Source of the DNA: Hydrolagus affinis
Lineage: Eukaryota
NCBI GenBank assembly: GCA_012026655.1
Contig: JAAILG010001112.1
Coordinates: 1-64,000 of the forward strand
DNA length: 64,000 nt
Direction: 5' to 3'
This document shows positions 62,146-64,000 of the stretch, piece after piece. Numbering within the stretch: position 1 is the stretch's first letter; each line of letters starts with the position of its first letter. Both the position numbers and the translations under genes were made by a program. Below the pieces are notes generated by a model. The model worked only from the letters and a program-made list of their open reading frames with translations, searched no databases and was not told the origin of the DNA.

Positions 62146-63829
62146 GCCTGGATATTGGGAAGAGACAAACTCCCTGCCATTTGAGCTGTGCCATGGGATC
62201 TTTAGCGTCCAGACAGGACCTAGGTTTAAAGTCTCATCCGAAGCATAGCACAATGCAACACCGTTTTAAGGTGTTAGTTTAAATGATGTGTTCAGGTCCC
62301 AACTTAAGTCTTGAACCCACAGCCACCTGACTCAAGAGGAGAGAGGTGTTTAAACAATGGTGGAGCCCGATGCCGAACTCGGGTGCATGACCAAATGGTC
62401 AAAGAGGAAGGTCTTCAGATGCAACCAGAAAATGGAGGCAAGAAATCAATACGGCGGTAGGGTGGGGGAGGGGTTCCATAGCACATATGTATTAATACAA
62501 TATAAATAAATATCAAAACAGTGGTTAGTTATTTCAGTGTGGAAAATGCATTTAACACTGATTGTTGGATTACTGCATAATTTATAGATTATAAATTACT
62601 AAATTTCCATACTGAGCTCAATTCAAGACCTTTTTTTTGCAGTCTTGAGAAAACATACTTGATATTTAGCAAAATTGATTCACATTAGAACAGTTTAGCA
62701 CATAAAGGGAAACATATGAAAAAAACAGGAGCAGCCTAAAAGATTGAGGCAGTTGTCAGTATTCTTTCCAAACGAGGACTCGGATTTGGTTCCCAGCAGG
62801 GCAAAATGTTAGGCAAATGTCCTTAATCCACACGCTTTTGTTTACCTAGCAGTAAGCAGGAACTCAGTTGTTAGTCATTTGGCAGATCGCTTTTGTGGGA
62901 CACTGCTGTGCTCAATTGGCTGCCACATTTTCCCCACAAATATAGTTAATTCACTTTACTGTATATCTGTAAAGTGAATTACAGCTGCCCTCCCAACTCT
63001 CTCCCGCCCCTCCCCCCTACCCTGCCCTTCCCCTTGCTTGGGTCCCGGCCTGACTGTTCAGCGCCTTGGGATGTCCTCCCGACGTGAAAGGCGCTCTATA
63101 AATGTCATTTTGTTGTTGTATCTGTGACCTGCTTAGGAACGTCTAGAAAACATGATAAAATGCTACATCAAATGCAGATTATTATTATAACTGCTGTGGG
63201 AGCTAAACCCATTGTTCTCAGAGAAACAACAACAAATTACATTTGTATAATGCATTTCATGTAGGTATGACATCCAAGGCACTGGACAGTCAGGATTTAG
63301 ATCCGAACTGGGGATTGCAATCAGTAGGGATGGAGGGCAGTGAGAGCGTGGATAGGAGAGTAACCAAAGTTGTGGCAGAATTTGTGGGACTTTGAGTCTG
63401 GATGTAATGAATATGTTGATCAGGGTCTTTGCAGCTGAGGGGAGAGGCAGTAGTGGAGCTGGGCAAGGTTGCAGAGGTGAGTAAGGCAAATACCATCAGT
63501 GCTGAGGCATGGAGGTGCTAACAGGAGCCAAGTAGGAGGGCCTCAGTCGTTTTGACATTCAGCACAGATTGCCTTGGAACCATTTTGTACACGTTATGCA
63601 ACCTAAAATTCAATTTAACCTTTTTCACATTCATGGATTGAGTAGCACAGCTTCATAGAACACAGTGATCATAGGACAGCCTTATAAATTCACTACATTG
63701 TATAATTTTCAGTTCCTTTGTTTTAAGAATGCAAATAATTGACTGCAGAAAATATTTCTCATCAGGTAATTGTGGTGACTATAACAGAGATTATTGCTCT
63801 GAGATGCTAGCCAATTGAAGGGAGCTGCA

Positions 63830-64000
63830 TAATAATACTTGCATTTGATATAGTGCTTTTCATGTCTTCTAGATGTCTTAAAGCGCTTCACATAATATAA
63901 TATAAACTGAATTTACTGTATATATGTGGGCAAAACACAGCAGCCAAATGGCACACAGCAAATAGTCCCACAAATAGTCGTGGATTGAAAGGACCAATTT
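63830..64000 (-). mobile_element. SINE copy truncated by the window end
   Basis: Family tail and body. Confidence 0.8.

Overview
AT-rich (roughly 39% GC by eye), intron-rich vertebrate genomic DNA. The repeat content (tRNA/Deu-type SINEs with L2 tails, L2, CR1 and shark-type Penelope remnants) suggests a cartilaginous fish, probably a holocephalan; this is inference. Two convergent protein-coding genes were reconstructed by hand with continuous exon phases. (1) A complete two-pore channel 3 gene (tpcn3, + strand, 19 coding exons, 4190-33400, 782 aa) whose intron 15 is a minor-spliceosome AT-AC intron. (2) The 3' 22 coding exons of the spindle-checkpoint kinase bub1 (- strand, 61236 down to 37460); its first exons lie beyond the window end. 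Introns and the intergenic DNA are filled with SINEs, L2 and CR1 fragments, Penelope-like remnants with hammerhead-ribozyme cores, Tigger-type MITEs and a nested hAT-like/unclassified DNA transposon pair. No wholly new multi-gene system is evident. The best leads are the U12 intron with an in-frame AG decoy, a candidate Bub1 poison exon before the kinase domain, a Bub1 lacking both KEN boxes, a CACT-ended element with an 8-bp TSD, and a SINE tail forming a bub1 3' splice site.
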